This document shows positions 10,290 to 20,866 of a stretch of 64,000 nucleotides of DNA, piece by piece. Numbering within the stretch: the first letter of the stretch is position 1; each line of letters starts with the position of its first letter. Source of the stretch: an uncultured Nitrospiraceae bacterium (lineage in GTDB: Bacteria; Nitrospirota; Nitrospiria; Nitrospirales; Nitrospiraceae); NCBI GenBank assembly GCA_963730935.1, contig CAVSTP010000004.1, forward strand, positions 224,001 through 288,000. Direction: 5' to 3'. The notes beneath the pieces are model-generated. The model saw only the letters and a list, made by a program, of their open reading frames with translations, was not told where the DNA came from and searched no databases. Position numbers and translations under genes: made by a program.

Positions 10290-10541
10290 ATGAATCGACT
10301 GCCGACCGCTTCTTCTTCTTTCACCCCAAACTATGACGGCATGTCGAGCGACATCACCGGGAAGATTGTCCAGATGGTGAAGCATCGACAGGCGTGCGAC
10401 ATGGAAGACTTACTGGAGGCGTGTCCATCGTACACGTGGAACCAAGTCTTTCTGGAGGTCGACCGTTTGAGCCGGACCGGTGAACTGCGTTTGTTTTCCA
10501 AGCGGGCCGGAAAGTATACGGTCACGCTTCCGGCCGCGTAA
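10290..10541 (+). CDS. small conserved hypothetical (winged-helix-like) protein
   Basis: RBS GAGGAG; CPSYTWNQVFLEVDRLSRTG motif. Confidence 0.7.
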   Translation: MNRLPTASSSFTPNYDGMSSDITGKIVQMVKHRQACDMEDLLEACPSYTWNQVFLEVDRLSRTGELRLFSKRAGKYTVTLPAA

Positions 10542-10555
10542 CACGACACCATATT

Positions 10556-11281
10556 TCAGTCCATCGGCAGCACTTTCTGCGGCGCTCGATTGGCATGCTC
10601 ATAACGCCTGAGTGCCTGCGGTAACGACTGCGCAATCTGCTCCATACGACGATCGTAGGTGAAATGAAGGAGCACTTCGTCACGGGCGCCGTCTTGCTCT
10701 CGTTTCATCCGTTCCCATAGTCCCAATAGTTCGCGTGGGTCATAGCCGGCATCAGCCATCAGCTTGAGGCCCATTACATCCGTCTTTGATTCTTGCTCGC
10801 GCGTGAACAGCGCCGGTGGTTGCCCTGTCGTACTGACGCAGACCGGTGAGACTGGAATCTCGTCGTGGGCCAGTGCATGCATCAGTTCATGGCTAAGGAC
10901 GGCGGCCAGTCCTGATTCGGTTTCGGCGAGCCGGAACGTGCCCGTCGATATCACAATGCCGCCGTCCGGCCGCACGAACGAACGGGACAGCGTAGGGGTG
11001 TTGTACACGGCGATCACCCAGCACAAGGCACGGGCTCGAGATCCATAGTCGGACCGCCGCGCCGCGGCGATGAGGCGTGAGGTGACCCGCACCGCCGGCT
11101 CTAGGATGCGCGCATCGCTCACCAGCGGGGCGACGTCCGAAAGACCCGTCTGGCTTACGGAGCTTTCCTTCGTGAGAATTCTGATCATGGTCGGCGTCTG
11201 TACGACAGGGTCTCTGGCGCAGGCCTGTGCAGCGACACAGACAGCAAGCACCAACAAGCCATAATGACAGCGCGGTCGCAT
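10556..11281 (-). CDS. M48 family metallopeptidase lipoprotein
   Basis: LAAVLSHELMH (HExxH), QESKTD, AGYDP; lipobox AQAC. Confidence 0.8.
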   Translation of the reverse strand: MRPRCHYGLLVLAVCVAAQACARDPVVQTPTMIRILTKESSVSQTGLSDVAPLVSDARILEPAVRVTSRLIAAARRSDYGSRARALCWVIAVYNTPTLSRSFVRPDGGIVISTGTFRLAETESGLAAVLSHELMHALAHDEIPVSPVCVSTTGQPPALFTREQESKTDVMGLKLMADAGYDPRELLGLWERMKREQDGARDEVLLHFTYDRRMEQIAQSLPQALRRYEHANRAPQKVLPMD

Positions 11282-11404
11282 ATCACACCCTAAGGCCGAT
11301 TTCGCAGCAATCAAAACTGGGGGATCGCCTAGTGGAGGATGCGGCAGGCATACGGTGTAGTGAAACCAAGGCTTCACAACGACCGCCGGAGGGAGAGAGG
11401 ACTC

Positions 11405-11761
11405 ATGCGACAGAGACTCGTGCCGGGACAGCGCGTGTTGAATGCGAGTCTGATGACGTTCGTCGTCGCGTGGTCCATGTTTCCCTTGACTCTTCCCGAG
11501 GGTGCCGTCGCGCTCGAGCAACCTGATGCTCAGCACGAGGTCTCAGGCACGCTGGCCAAATTGGACCTTTCGGCGGGCAAGGGCATGCTGATGACCGATC
11601 TGCAAAAGCCGATCTTTTTTCGACTCGACCGCCCCGAGCTGTTCGAGCGGTTGTCTATTGGAGATCGGGTGACGATGCAGCTCGACGACGAAGGACGCGT
11701 GCTCAAAGTGATCGAGACGCTGCCGGCGGAAGTGCATGAGCCTCCGCCTCCCGCCAAATAG
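11405..11761 (+). CDS. small exported OB-fold-like protein
   Basis: RBS GAGAGGA; signal-like N-terminus; LSIGDRVTM strand pattern. Confidence 0.6.
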   Translation: MRQRLVPGQRVLNASLMTFVVAWSMFPLTLPEGAVALEQPDAQHEVSGTLAKLDLSAGKGMLMTDLQKPIFFRLDRPELFERLSIGDRVTMQLDDEGRVLKVIETLPAEVHEPPPPAK

Positions 11762-11774
11762 AATCGGAGCCTCT

Positions 11775-12452
11775 GTGCAGACGCTGACACGGGCTATCCT
11801 GTGCGCGTCGATGGTGCCGCTGCTCGCGTCCTGTACCATTCCACGTGAAATCACGAAGACCGCCCGCAGCGCCATCGAACAACTGCTTCTGGCGGAAACC
11901 GTCAACCGCAGTCTCCTCGACGTCGCGCTGCCGCTCTCCATCGATGAACCTCTGTACATGGAAGTGAGCGGCCTCCAGTTGGGCTACCTGACTCCGCTCG
12001 TGCCGTTGCCATCTGTGTCATCCTCAGGAGAAGCGAGTACGATCACTTCGTCCACGAGCGGCTACTTTTCGCCGTCAGGCGATCTCGCCTTCGTCAAGGA
12101 TGCGGTCGCAGGCCATCTGAGCGTCTTGGGCTACCGCCTGGCCAAGCGCGAAGAGGACGCGTCCTATCTTGTGCGGGTGGTCGTGCAATCGTTTGGCACC
12201 AGCCAATCGATCTCGTTCTTCGGCATGCCGCCCGTACAAAGCGTGCTCATTCCATTTTCGTTGCCGCAATTGACGGTCTACCAACATCTTGCTCAGGACG
12301 GGTATGTCCGCTATGGCGTCCAGGTCATCGAACGGGCCTCCGGTCGCCTCTTCTATTCGACTCCCTGGCACAGCCACCGCACCTATCATGATCAGTACAC
12401 CTTCCTCTTCTTCTTCACTTTCCGCGTCACCGATTTGGAGGAGGCGCCGTGA
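11775..12452 (+). CDS. lipoprotein (DUF6655-like)
   Basis: Lipobox LASC followed by TARSAIEQLLL; start uncertain (GTG 11775). Confidence 0.65.
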   Translation: MQTLTRAILCASMVPLLASCTIPREITKTARSAIEQLLLAETVNRSLLDVALPLSIDEPLYMEVSGLQLGYLTPLVPLPSVSSSGEASTITSSTSGYFSPSGDLAFVKDAVAGHLSVLGYRLAKREEDASYLVRVVVQSFGTSQSISFFGMPPVQSVLIPFSLPQLTVYQHLAQDGYVRYGVQVIERASGRLFYSTPWHSHRTYHDQYTFLFFFTFRVTDLEEAP

Positions 12453-12711
12453 TACCCCTGAATGATGTGAAGGACTTATAAATCAGTATTTTCGAACGTT
12501 AAAATGCACACATATGACTAGGGGTATCCCTAGTAGGCAGAAGGGGCGACCCGGCCATAGTCTGCTCCCCTATTTGCGGTGCGCGTAGGTCGGCGCTACA
12601 TCCGTGTAGGTGGGCACTACATCAGGGGGGCGCAATTCCGTCAGCTCGACGGATTTACCCATGACATGAAGGTTTTGAACGTTGTTCACTGAACGACGAG
12701 AGGGGCATTCT

Positions 12712-15645
12712 ATGACCGCAGAGATGGCCACGATCCTCAACGTCGACGATCAGGAACCAGGGAGGTATGCGAGGCGGCGCATGCTGGAGCGCGCCGGCTA
12801 TCGCGTCATCGATGCGAATTGCGGGGCGGATGCCTGGCGCGTGCTTGAGAACGTGCGCCCGCAACTCGTCCTGATGGACGTGAATTTGCCGGACATCAGC
12901 GGATTCGATCTGTGCCGGCGCATCAAGAGTCGGCCGGAGCTGGCCGACATCATGGTCCTGCACGTGTCGGCGTCCCGCGTCAGCGGAACGGATCGCGCGG
13001 TGGGGCTCGAGGTCGGTTCCGACGGGTACCTGATCGAGCCGATCGATGAAAAAGAATTGCACGCCGCGGTGCGATCGCTCTTGCGGTTGCGGGAGCGGCA
13101 GCAGGAAAACGAAGGCCTGCTGGCCCGCCTTCGCCGCAGTGAAGAGCTGTTCCGTGGCCTGTTTGAACAAGCCGCGGTGGGCATGTGCGTCGTGGGCTCG
13201 GACGGACGTCTGTTGCGCGTCAACGACAAGCTGTGCAGCATCACCGGCCGCGCCGAGCATGATCTGATGAAGCAGGAGCTGCGCGACTTGACGCACCCGG
13301 ACGATCGCGCCGAACATGAAAGCCAGGTGGGAACGCTCTTGCTCGGCGGCATTTCCGAAGTCTCGCTTGAACAGCGTCTCATGCGGCCGGATGGAGACAC
13401 CATCTGGGTCACGGTCACGCTGTCGATTCAATGGGACGCCGGAGGCCGCATTCAATCCTTGATCGGCGTGATCGAAGACATCGATGCGCGTAAGCGGGCA
13501 GAACTCGAACTCAGGACGCACACCGCCCGCCAGCAGCTGCTGAGCAAAACGATTGACCAGCTGCTTCGGGTCGACGATCCGGCCGACGTGATGCAGGACA
13601 TTTATGCCTCCCTGAGGACCAGCGTCGGGGTGGATACGTTCTTGGATTATGACGTCACGCCGGACAACGGTGGAATTCGCATGTCTGCCTGGGCGGGTAT
13701 TCCCGAAGAGGCGCTCGACCCGCTGATGTTTCTCAAATTCGGACAGGCGCTCTGCGGTACGTCGGCCGTGTCGCGGAAGCCGGTGATCGTCGAGCGCTTG
13801 CAGTCCTCGACCGATCCCAAAGCGTCCCGCATGCAAGCCGTCGGCTCCACGGCCTACGCCTGCTTCCCGCTGATTGTCGGCGATCGGCTTCTCGGCACGC
13901 TGGCCTTCGCCAGCAGCCACCGCCAAGCGTTCGATCCAGACGACCTGGAACTGCTGGAGGCCGTCTCCAATTATGTGGCCATGGCGAAGGAGCGCCGGCG
14001 CCTGCTTCATGAGACCAGGCAACGTGCCGAGCAAGTTGCGGAACAGGAAGAACGCCTCCGGTTTGCCACGGATGGAGCCGGCATGGGTACCTGGGACGTG
14101 GATTTGCGGACCGGACGAGTCGTCTGGAACCGCCAGAATGCGCTGCTGCTCGGGTACGACTCGGAAGCGTCTCAGGCCTCGACCAAGCGCTGGTGGGCGC
14201 TCGTGCACGAAGACGATCGACCCGCCGTCCGGCAGGCGATGAAAAATGCCAGGAATAACGGAAGCCTCTATCAGTCGGAGCACCGCATCCGTCGGGCCGA
14301 TACGGGCGAACTGCGGTGGCTCGCTCCCTACGGCCGTATCCATTATAGCGGCGACGGACGTCCCACACGCTTCGTCGGCGTGACGTTCGACGTCACCGAA
14401 CGCAAGCAGGCGGATATGCAGCGGCAGGAATGGACCAGGGAATTGGAGCGTCGTGTCAATGAACGAACGAAAGAGCTCGTCCGGACGCACGACCGCCTTC
14501 GCGGCCTGGCGCAAGATTTAACGCTCACGGAGCAACGAGAACGCCAGCGAATTGCCGGAGAACTGCACGACTACCTGGCGCAAATGCTGGTCGTGACGCG
14601 CCTGAAGATGAATCAGGCGTCTCAGATGATCGCCCCGCATCCCGCCTGTGCCGTGCTGCAGGAGGCGGATCAACTGATCGATCAAAGCCTTACGTACACG
14701 CGCACGGTCGTCGCCGAACTGATGCCGCCCACGTTGCGGCAATTTGGATTGGCAGCAGGCCTGCGCTGGTTGGGCGAACGGATGGAACAGCAGGGCCTGG
14801 TCGTGCATGTAGATGTGCCGCCGGTCGCCCCTCCGTTGTCCGAAGATCACACCACGATGCTGTTTCAGTGCGTGCGAGAGTTGTTGTTCAACGTGCTCAA
14901 GCACGCGGGGACCGATCGCGCGTCGGTCGAGATGGTGGAGGACGGTGAGGACAAGCTCAAAATCATCGTCCACGACGACGGCGTCGGCTGTGATCCTATT
15001 GCGATCCAGGAATCGAGGGGAGATAAGTTCGGCCTTTTCAGCATCCGAGAGCGGATGGAAGCGATCGACGGTTGGATGGACCTGGAGTCGCAGTCGGGCG
15101 CCGGCACAACGGTGACCCTAGGCGTTACGGTCGGCGCCGCCATGCCGGAGGAGGCAGCCACCAGCGGTGCGGATCAGCCGATGCTTGCCGCTCAACCGGG
15201 GAGAGCCACGCCGCTCACTGCTCACCAGGCCGTTCTCGAGCGGCCGGTGCGTGTGCTGCTTGTGGACGATCATGCGATGGTGCGGCAGGGGCTGCGAAGC
15301 ATCCTGGATGGATACCCCAATCTGGACATCATCGCCGAGGCCGGGGACGGAGAAGAGGCAATTACGCTCGCGCGTCTGCTCAAGCCGGATTTGATCGTGA
15401 TGGACGTCAACATGCCAAGGCTCGACGGCATCGAAGCGACCAGACGGATCCGGGAGGAATTGCCGAGCACCTACGTGATCGGTCTGTCGGTGAATGAAGC
15501 GGAACACATCGTCAAATCGATGAAAGCCGCCGGCGCCGCCGCATTTCTCACGAAAGAAAGCGCGGCCGATCACTTGTACGAGACGATTGGGGCGGTGACA
15601 CGAAAGATCAATGTCGAATGTTCAATGGATGCATCCCTTCGGTAG
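12712..15645 (+). CDS. hybrid sensor kinase REC-PAS-GAF-PAS-HisKA_3-HATPase-REC
   Basis: N-terminal receiver, PAS/GAF, ERQRIAGELHD H-box (NarX type), GLFSIRER and C-terminal receiver. Confidence 0.92.
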   Translation: MTAEMATILNVDDQEPGRYARRRMLERAGYRVIDANCGADAWRVLENVRPQLVLMDVNLPDISGFDLCRRIKSRPELADIMVLHVSASRVSGTDRAVGLEVGSDGYLIEPIDEKELHAAVRSLLRLRERQQENEGLLARLRRSEELFRGLFEQAAVGMCVVGSDGRLLRVNDKLCSITGRAEHDLMKQELRDLTHPDDRAEHESQVGTLLLGGISEVSLEQRLMRPDGDTIWVTVTLSIQWDAGGRIQSLIGVIEDIDARKRAELELRTHTARQQLLSKTIDQLLRVDDPADVMQDIYASLRTSVGVDTFLDYDVTPDNGGIRMSAWAGIPEEALDPLMFLKFGQALCGTSAVSRKPVIVERLQSSTDPKASRMQAVGSTAYACFPLIVGDRLLGTLAFASSHRQAFDPDDLELLEAVSNYVAMAKERRRLLHETRQRAEQVAEQEERLRFATDGAGMGTWDVDLRTGRVVWNRQNALLLGYDSEASQASTKRWWALVHEDDRPAVRQAMKNARNNGSLYQSEHRIRRADTGELRWLAPYGRIHYSGDGRPTRFVGVTFDVTERKQADMQRQEWTRELERRVNERTKELVRTHDRLRGLAQDLTLTEQRERQRIAGELHDYLAQMLVVTRLKMNQASQMIAPHPACAVLQEADQLIDQSLTYTRTVVAELMPPTLRQFGLAAGLRWLGERMEQQGLVVHVDVPPVAPPLSEDHTTMLFQCVRELLFNVLKHAGTDRASVEMVEDGEDKLKIIVHDDGVGCDPIAIQESRGDKFGLFSIRERMEAIDGWMDLESQSGAGTTVTLGVTVGAAMPEEAATSGADQPMLAAQPGRATPLTAHQAVLERPVRVLLVDDHAMVRQGLRSILDGYPNLDIIAEAGDGEEAITLARLLKPDLIVMDVNMPRLDGIEATRRIREELPSTYVIGLSVNEAEHIVKSMKAAGAAAFLTKESAADHLYETIGAVTRKINVECSMDASLR

Positions 15646-15684
15646 GAGTACATTGGACGTTCCAGCTCTGCAATTGCTCTTTCG

Positions 15685-18600
15685 ATGGCCGACTCAACGC
15701 TATCATACGACGAACTGCTGCAGGAAAACGCTTCGCTGAAAGCACAACTGGCGGAGCGGGAGACTTGCGACGAGTACCGCCGACGGGCGGACGAGCAAGC
15801 TCGCATCAGCGAGCGCTTACGACGCGTCGCGGCAGAAACTGCGTTGCGCGAAAGCGAGGCACGGTATCGGACCCTCGCCGATACGATGCCGCAGGTCGTC
15901 TTCATCGCCACGGCCTCCGGATTCGTCGAATACGTCAACCAGCCGGGTCTCGAATACATGGGACTCCGACTCGATGAAGCGATCGGCTTCGGCTGGCTGG
16001 GAGCCATTCATCCCGAGGACCGGCAACTCGTGGCCGACCGCTGGCTCGAGTGCTTGAACCTCGGAAAAACCTACGAATTCGAACATCGCCTTCTCCGTGC
16101 CGACGGCCAGTATCGCTGGCAATTGGCAAGGGCCGTCCCGATCGGCGGCGACTCGGGAGCGATCGTTCGCTGGATCGGCACCTCCACGGACATTCACGAC
16201 CACCGGCAGGTCGAAGCAGAACTGCGTGAAAGCCGAACGGAAGCCAAGCACCAGGCCGAAGAGTTGGACCGGCTCTACCAAACGAGTCCAGCCGGTCTCG
16301 CATTCATCGATCCAGATCTGCGGTTTGTCCGCATCAATCAAACCCTTGCCGACATCAACGGGTTTCCGGTCGACGCCTATATTGGGCGCACGCTCAGAGA
16401 AATGTTGTCCCCAGCTTTGGCCGATCGACTCGAGCCGGTGCTCTGGCGGGTGGTGAACGAGGGTGAGCCGGCGATGAACGTCGAAATGGAAGGGGAGGCG
16501 CCGGCCGAACCCGGCAATGTCCATTACTGGCTTGCGAATTATTATCCGTCGAAGCGACACGACGGCGCGGTGCTCGGCGTGAATGTCGTGGTGCAGGACA
16601 TTACGGAACGGAAACGTACGGAGAGCGCCCTTCAACAGTCCCATGGCTTCATTCGTCAAATCATCGACACGGATCCCAATTTCATCTTCGTCAAAGACAG
16701 GGAAGGGCGGTTCACGATGGTGAATCAGGTGGTGGCCGACTGGTATGGCACACCCGTGGAGGAATTGATCGGGAAGACGGATGCCGATTTCAACTCGAAT
16801 GCCAAGGAGGTGGCACACTTCCAAGAAAAGGACCAGGAGGTGATCGACGGCCTCCGTGAGCTCTTTATCCCTGAGGAAGTCATCACGGACGCCTCGGGCA
16901 ATCGCCGTTGGCTTCAAACGGTGAAACGCCCGATTTGCAATGAAAACGGCGTGGCCACGCATGTTCTCGGTTTCGCCACGGATATTACGCAGCGGCGGCT
17001 GGCCGAGGAAGCCTTGCGTCGAAACGAAGAGCTGCTGCGCCTGGTCATGGACAGTTCCCCGATTGCGATGGTGTATTGCGACGATCAGCAGCGGCTGCGC
17101 CTCGTCAATCGCGCGTACGTCGACCGGTTCGGACTCTCGCCGGAAGACGTCATCGGCAAACCGCTCGCCGAGGTGCTCGGGCCAAAGGCGTATGAGAGCA
17201 TTAGGGCCTATGTAGACGCTGCGCTTTCAGGAACGCGCTCGGAACTCGAAGTCGCGGTGCCCTTTGAACGGATCGGCACTCGGTATATGCGGTGCGCCTA
17301 TGTGCCGCATGTGGACGACAGCGAACGCACCATCGGCTTCACGGCCGTCGAAGTCGACATCACCGATCGGCGGCGCATGGAGGAAGCCCTGCGTGAAAGC
17401 GAGGAGCGCCTGCGGCTGGCGTTGGGTGCGGGCCAGATGGGGGCGTGGGACATCGATGTGGAAACCGATCTCACACGGTGGGATCGGAAGGAATTTGCCT
17501 TGCTGGGGTTGGCGGAGGGTACGGTGACGCCCTCGCCCGATGAGTTTTTCCGGCGGGTGCATCCGGATGACCTGCCGCTCGTGCAGGAATCGGTACGGAG
17601 GGCCATAGAAGAAACCGGCGTACTGGAGCATGAATTTCGCGTGGTGCGACCGGACGGAGAAATACGGTGGCTTGCGGCCAAAGGCCAGGTGTTGAACGAT
17701 CCCCAGGGGCGGCCGGTGCGCATGGTCGGTGTGAATTTCGACGTGACGGAGCGTCGACGGACGGAGGAACGATTGCGTTGTTTCACACAGGAACTCGAGG
17801 CCCATGTGGCCGAGCGGACCCTAGAGTTGACGCAGCTGCACATGCGGCTGCGCGCGCTCTCGACCGAATTGAACCTGACGGAGCAGCGCGAACGCAAACG
17901 GCTTGCGACGGACCTGCACGACTACCTGACTCAGCTACTGGCGCTGGTCTGCATGAAACTCGGTCAGATCAGACGATTGTCGCCCCAGGCGGCTCAGGCG
18001 GAAATTGCCCAGACTGAAGGCGTCGTGAACGAGGCGCTGATCTACACACGGACGCTCGTGGCTCAGCTGAGTCCACCGGTGCTGCATGAGTTCGGGCTGC
18101 CTGTGGCGCTTGGATGGCTGGCGGAACAGATGATCCGTCAGGAACTGTCAGTGGAGGTGCGGCAATTAGTCCCTGACCATGTGCCGCTGCCGGAAGATCA
18201 GGCGGTCTTGCTGTTTCAGTCGGTCCGGGAGTTGCTGATTAACGTCAGGAAGCATGCGGGGACGCATCAGGCGATGATGACGATCGAGCGCTCGAACAAC
18301 GATTTGTGCATAACGGTTCGCGACGAAGGTGTGGGAGTGGACCTTGCCGCCGCCACACCTACGAATCAGCCGTCCGCCAGTTCGTCGAAATTCGGCCTGT
18401 TCAGCATCCGTGAGCGGATGCTGGCGATCGGCGGCCGTCTGGAGATCGACTCCGCGCCTGGCCGAGGGATGACCTCCTGCCTCATGCTGCCGTTGAAATT
18501 TCTTCCGGGTGCCGATGAGATTTCATCAGAGCCGTTCGAAGGGAGAACAAACGGGGGGAGCCCTGTCCAGTCAGAAACGCGCATTCGTGTGCTCCTGGTG

Positions 18601-19023
18601 GACGACCATCAGATGATTCGCGAAGGATTGGGCGGACTCCTCTCCGTGCACGAGGACCTGACCATCGTCGGAGAAGCCTGCGACGGGGAAGAGGCGTTGT
18701 TACTGACTGACAAGCTCAGGCCCGATTGCGTAATTATGGATGTGAACATGCCAAGGATGGACGGCATCGAGGCGACCCGCCGCCTCAAGGCGGCGTTTGG
18801 CGGGACGGCGGTGATCGGGCTTTCGGTCAATGTGTCACAAGAGATCGAAGTCGCCATGCGGCGCGCCGGCGTGGATCAATTCCTCTCGAAGGAAGCACCG
18901 ATCGAGGAAATTTACCGGACCATTCTCGCGACGGCTCATAAGTCTCCAATCACACCTGCGCCTGTTGAGGGACTGGCGTCGCGCCCAGGGAGGCCGACGC
19001 CAGCACCGCCACCATGCCTCTGA
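15685..19023 (+). CDS. hybrid sensor kinase with ~5 PAS domains, HisKA_3-HATPase-REC
   Basis: Repeated DITER PAC motifs, ERKRLATDLHD, GLFSIRER and C-terminal receiver. Confidence 0.92.
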   Translation: MADSTLSYDELLQENASLKAQLAERETCDEYRRRADEQARISERLRRVAAETALRESEARYRTLADTMPQVVFIATASGFVEYVNQPGLEYMGLRLDEAIGFGWLGAIHPEDRQLVADRWLECLNLGKTYEFEHRLLRADGQYRWQLARAVPIGGDSGAIVRWIGTSTDIHDHRQVEAELRESRTEAKHQAEELDRLYQTSPAGLAFIDPDLRFVRINQTLADINGFPVDAYIGRTLREMLSPALADRLEPVLWRVVNEGEPAMNVEMEGEAPAEPGNVHYWLANYYPSKRHDGAVLGVNVVVQDITERKRTESALQQSHGFIRQIIDTDPNFIFVKDREGRFTMVNQVVADWYGTPVEELIGKTDADFNSNAKEVAHFQEKDQEVIDGLRELFIPEEVITDASGNRRWLQTVKRPICNENGVATHVLGFATDITQRRLAEEALRRNEELLRLVMDSSPIAMVYCDDQQRLRLVNRAYVDRFGLSPEDVIGKPLAEVLGPKAYESIRAYVDAALSGTRSELEVAVPFERIGTRYMRCAYVPHVDDSERTIGFTAVEVDITDRRRMEEALRESEERLRLALGAGQMGAWDIDVETDLTRWDRKEFALLGLAEGTVTPSPDEFFRRVHPDDLPLVQESVRRAIEETGVLEHEFRVVRPDGEIRWLAAKGQVLNDPQGRPVRMVGVNFDVTERRRTEERLRCFTQELEAHVAERTLELTQLHMRLRALSTELNLTEQRERKRLATDLHDYLTQLLALVCMKLGQIRRLSPQAAQAEIAQTEGVVNEALIYTRTLVAQLSPPVLHEFGLPVALGWLAEQMIRQELSVEVRQLVPDHVPLPEDQAVLLFQSVRELLINVRKHAGTHQAMMTIERSNNDLCITVRDEGVGVDLAAATPTNQPSASSSKFGLFSIRERMLAIGGRLEIDSAPGRGMTSCLMLPLKFLPGADEISSEPFEGRTNGGSPVQSETRIRVLLVDDHQMIREGLGGLLSVHEDLTIVGEACDGEEALLLTDKLRPDCVIMDVNMPRMDGIEATRRLKAAFGGTAVIGLSVNVSQEIEVAMRRAGVDQFLSKEAPIEEIYRTILATAHKSPITPAPVEGLASRPGRPTPAPPPCL

Positions 19024-19052
19024 TCTGATAGGATGACCGGATTCCACGGCCA

Positions 19053-19430
19053 CTACCTGGCGCCAGACTCCGCCGGTCTGGGCTGCTCTGGTTGAGCCTC
19101 TGCCCGTTGTTGTACCTCCTGCTGCTTCTGCTGCTCGCGCTCTGCTCTCATAATGGCGCCGCTGCGAAGAATCATCAGCGTCTTTGTCTGGCCGTTTGGA
19201 AAAATCCAGGCATCGATCCGGTCACCAGCCTGCACCTGACCGAATTTGTCGGTTTCGGTCCCCACATGAATTGTGGCCTCCTTGCCGTTCTCATCCTTGA
19301 CGACGAACTCCTCGCCGTTTATTGAGATGATATCGACGACGAAGTGTTTCGCTTCCTGCATCGCGCTTTCGGCGGTCGAATGGGAAAACAACATCCATAC
19401 GCCAAGGATGAGACTGGGCAACCACATCAT
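19053..19430 (-). CDS. small exported hypothetical protein
   Basis: RBS GGAGGA; signal peptide; VQAGDRID OB-like pattern. Confidence 0.7.
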   Translation of the reverse strand: MMWLPSLILGVWMLFSHSTAESAMQEAKHFVVDIISINGEEFVVKDENGKEATIHVGTETDKFGQVQAGDRIDAWIFPNGQTKTLMILRSGAIMRAEREQQKQQEVQQRAEAQPEQPRPAESGAR

Positions 19431-19519
19431 AAATAACGTTCCTCCATGGGCAATGCGCGGACGTACTCGTCACGAGCATGCTGTGTGAGGGATAAAAGAA
19501 ATAAGGGACGGTCTGTTCG

Positions 19520-19687
19520 TTATGTCACAGGTGGTCGCCGTCCCATGACGAAACTCACTGCGGCAAAAATTAAGAACACGACGAACAGCACGTAGGCGAT
19601 TTGTGTGGCCGTCCCGGCGATGCCGGACAATCCGAGCAATCCAGCGATGATCGCGACGACCAGAAATGTGACAGCCCAGCTCAGCAT
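19520..19687 (-). CDS. DUF1328 (UPF0391/YtjA-like) small membrane protein; missing from ORF track
   Basis: [41 protein letters not shown]...; RBS AAAGGAG. Confidence 0.9.
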   Translation of the reverse strand: MLSWAVTFLVVAIIAGLLGLSGIAGTATQIAYVLFVVFLIFAAVSFVMGRRPPVT

Positions 19688-19745
19688 AACGGACTCCTTT
19701 CGTCAGGACCGGTGAAGCGCACGAGCCCTGCGTTCTGCAATCTCT

Positions 19746-20453
19746 CTACCGGTACACGGTAGTGTCCTGAGCTGTTTTGAGGCGCCCCTCAACCTCCAGG
19801 GCCTCGCGCTCGCGATTCGTGTTGCGAAGAATCGCCGCCAGGACTTCGAGCGTCGATACGAACTGTGGATCGCCTTGCGTGACCCGGCTCTCTTCCAAGA
19901 TGGCCAGGGATTTTTGGATCAGTCGTTCGGCTTCTCCCATCTGCCCCTGGATGGCATAAAAACTGGACAGAGTCTTCAATGACAAGGCCGTCCGGGCATG
20001 TTTCCCACCGTATTCCTTGAGATTGATCGCGAGTGAACGTTTGAGCAGCGGCTCCGCCTCTCGATAGCGCTCGTGCGTGGCGTAGAGGATGCCAAGGTTT
20101 TGGACGGTGGCGCCGACGCCGGGATGGTCAGCCCCGAGGCCTTTTTCACCAATGGCCAAGGCCCGGCTGAATAATAGTTCCGCTTCCAGCGGTTTGCCCG
20201 AGTTGGCATACACAACGGCCAAATCGTTGGCCGCATCGGCAACGCGCAAGTCCTCCAAGCCGTATTTTTCAGCCTGTTCCAGCGCAGCTGTGAGCAACCG
20301 CTCCGCATCGGCCATCCGGCCCTCATGAAGCGCCTGAAGACCGCCCTGCCTCCACGTATTCCACAGCGTATCCTGGCCGAAGGCAGAAGGTACGGCGAGC
20401 GCCGCAACGAGCACCGCGAGCAACCATTTCCCTGCAGGTCGGGTCATGAGCAT
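19746..20453 (-). CDS. exported tetratricopeptide-repeat protein
   Basis: Signal peptide; EAEPLLKRSLAI and HPGVGATVQNLG TPR repeats; RBS GAGGAG. Confidence 0.85.
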   Translation of the reverse strand: MLMTRPAGKWLLAVLVAALAVPSAFGQDTLWNTWRQGGLQALHEGRMADAERLLTAALEQAEKYGLEDLRVADAANDLAVVYANSGKPLEAELLFSRALAIGEKGLGADHPGVGATVQNLGILYATHERYREAEPLLKRSLAINLKEYGGKHARTALSLKTLSSFYAIQGQMGEAERLIQKSLAILEESRVTQGDPQFVSTLEVLAAILRNTNREREALEVEGRLKTAQDTTVYR

Positions 20454-20460
20454 GCTCCTC

Positions 20461-20700
20461 TCAGGCGTTGGTCCGCTCTTCCGCCGCCCGGGCAAGGGCG
20501 AGTTGATCTCGAAGCGCCATTTCCATGAGACAGGGGTCGCAATATCCATCGACGATGTCGTATCGCTGGGATCCCAACTGTCCGCGTGCCATGAACGTCG
20601 TCGGATCCACCCATTGGTCCAACTCTGTGCCGAGGTCATCGGTGAGTGGCTGGATTCTCCAGCATGACGCGCACATAAGAATAGATCTCTGATCTTCCAT
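20461..20700 (-). CDS. small hypothetical CxxC...CxxC protein
   Basis: MCASCWR...GYCDPC; ends just upstream of the TPR gene. Confidence 0.6.
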   Translation of the reverse strand: MEDQRSILMCASCWRIQPLTDDLGTELDQWVDPTTFMARGQLGSQRYDIVDGYCDPCLMEMALRDQLALARAAEERTNA

Positions 20701-20866
20701 ACTTCACGGTACACTGCGGTCCTGCAGGCACTAACTAGGCCCTCTACCAGAAAGCGCCGGACGGAGACCCCAGCGTTGCGCGATGGCGTATCAGGCAAAA
20801 TCGATGAAAAATCTCTAGGTTGGGAGCTTCGAGCAGAAGAGACCCCTAGTGAAATGGCGGGGAGGG

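Noticed and set aside
12655..14514. 619-aa antisense ORF (also 15817-16962, 57727-58611, 58931-59854 and similar)
   Set aside because: Shadow frames of well-supported GC-rich genes, with no recognisable motifs
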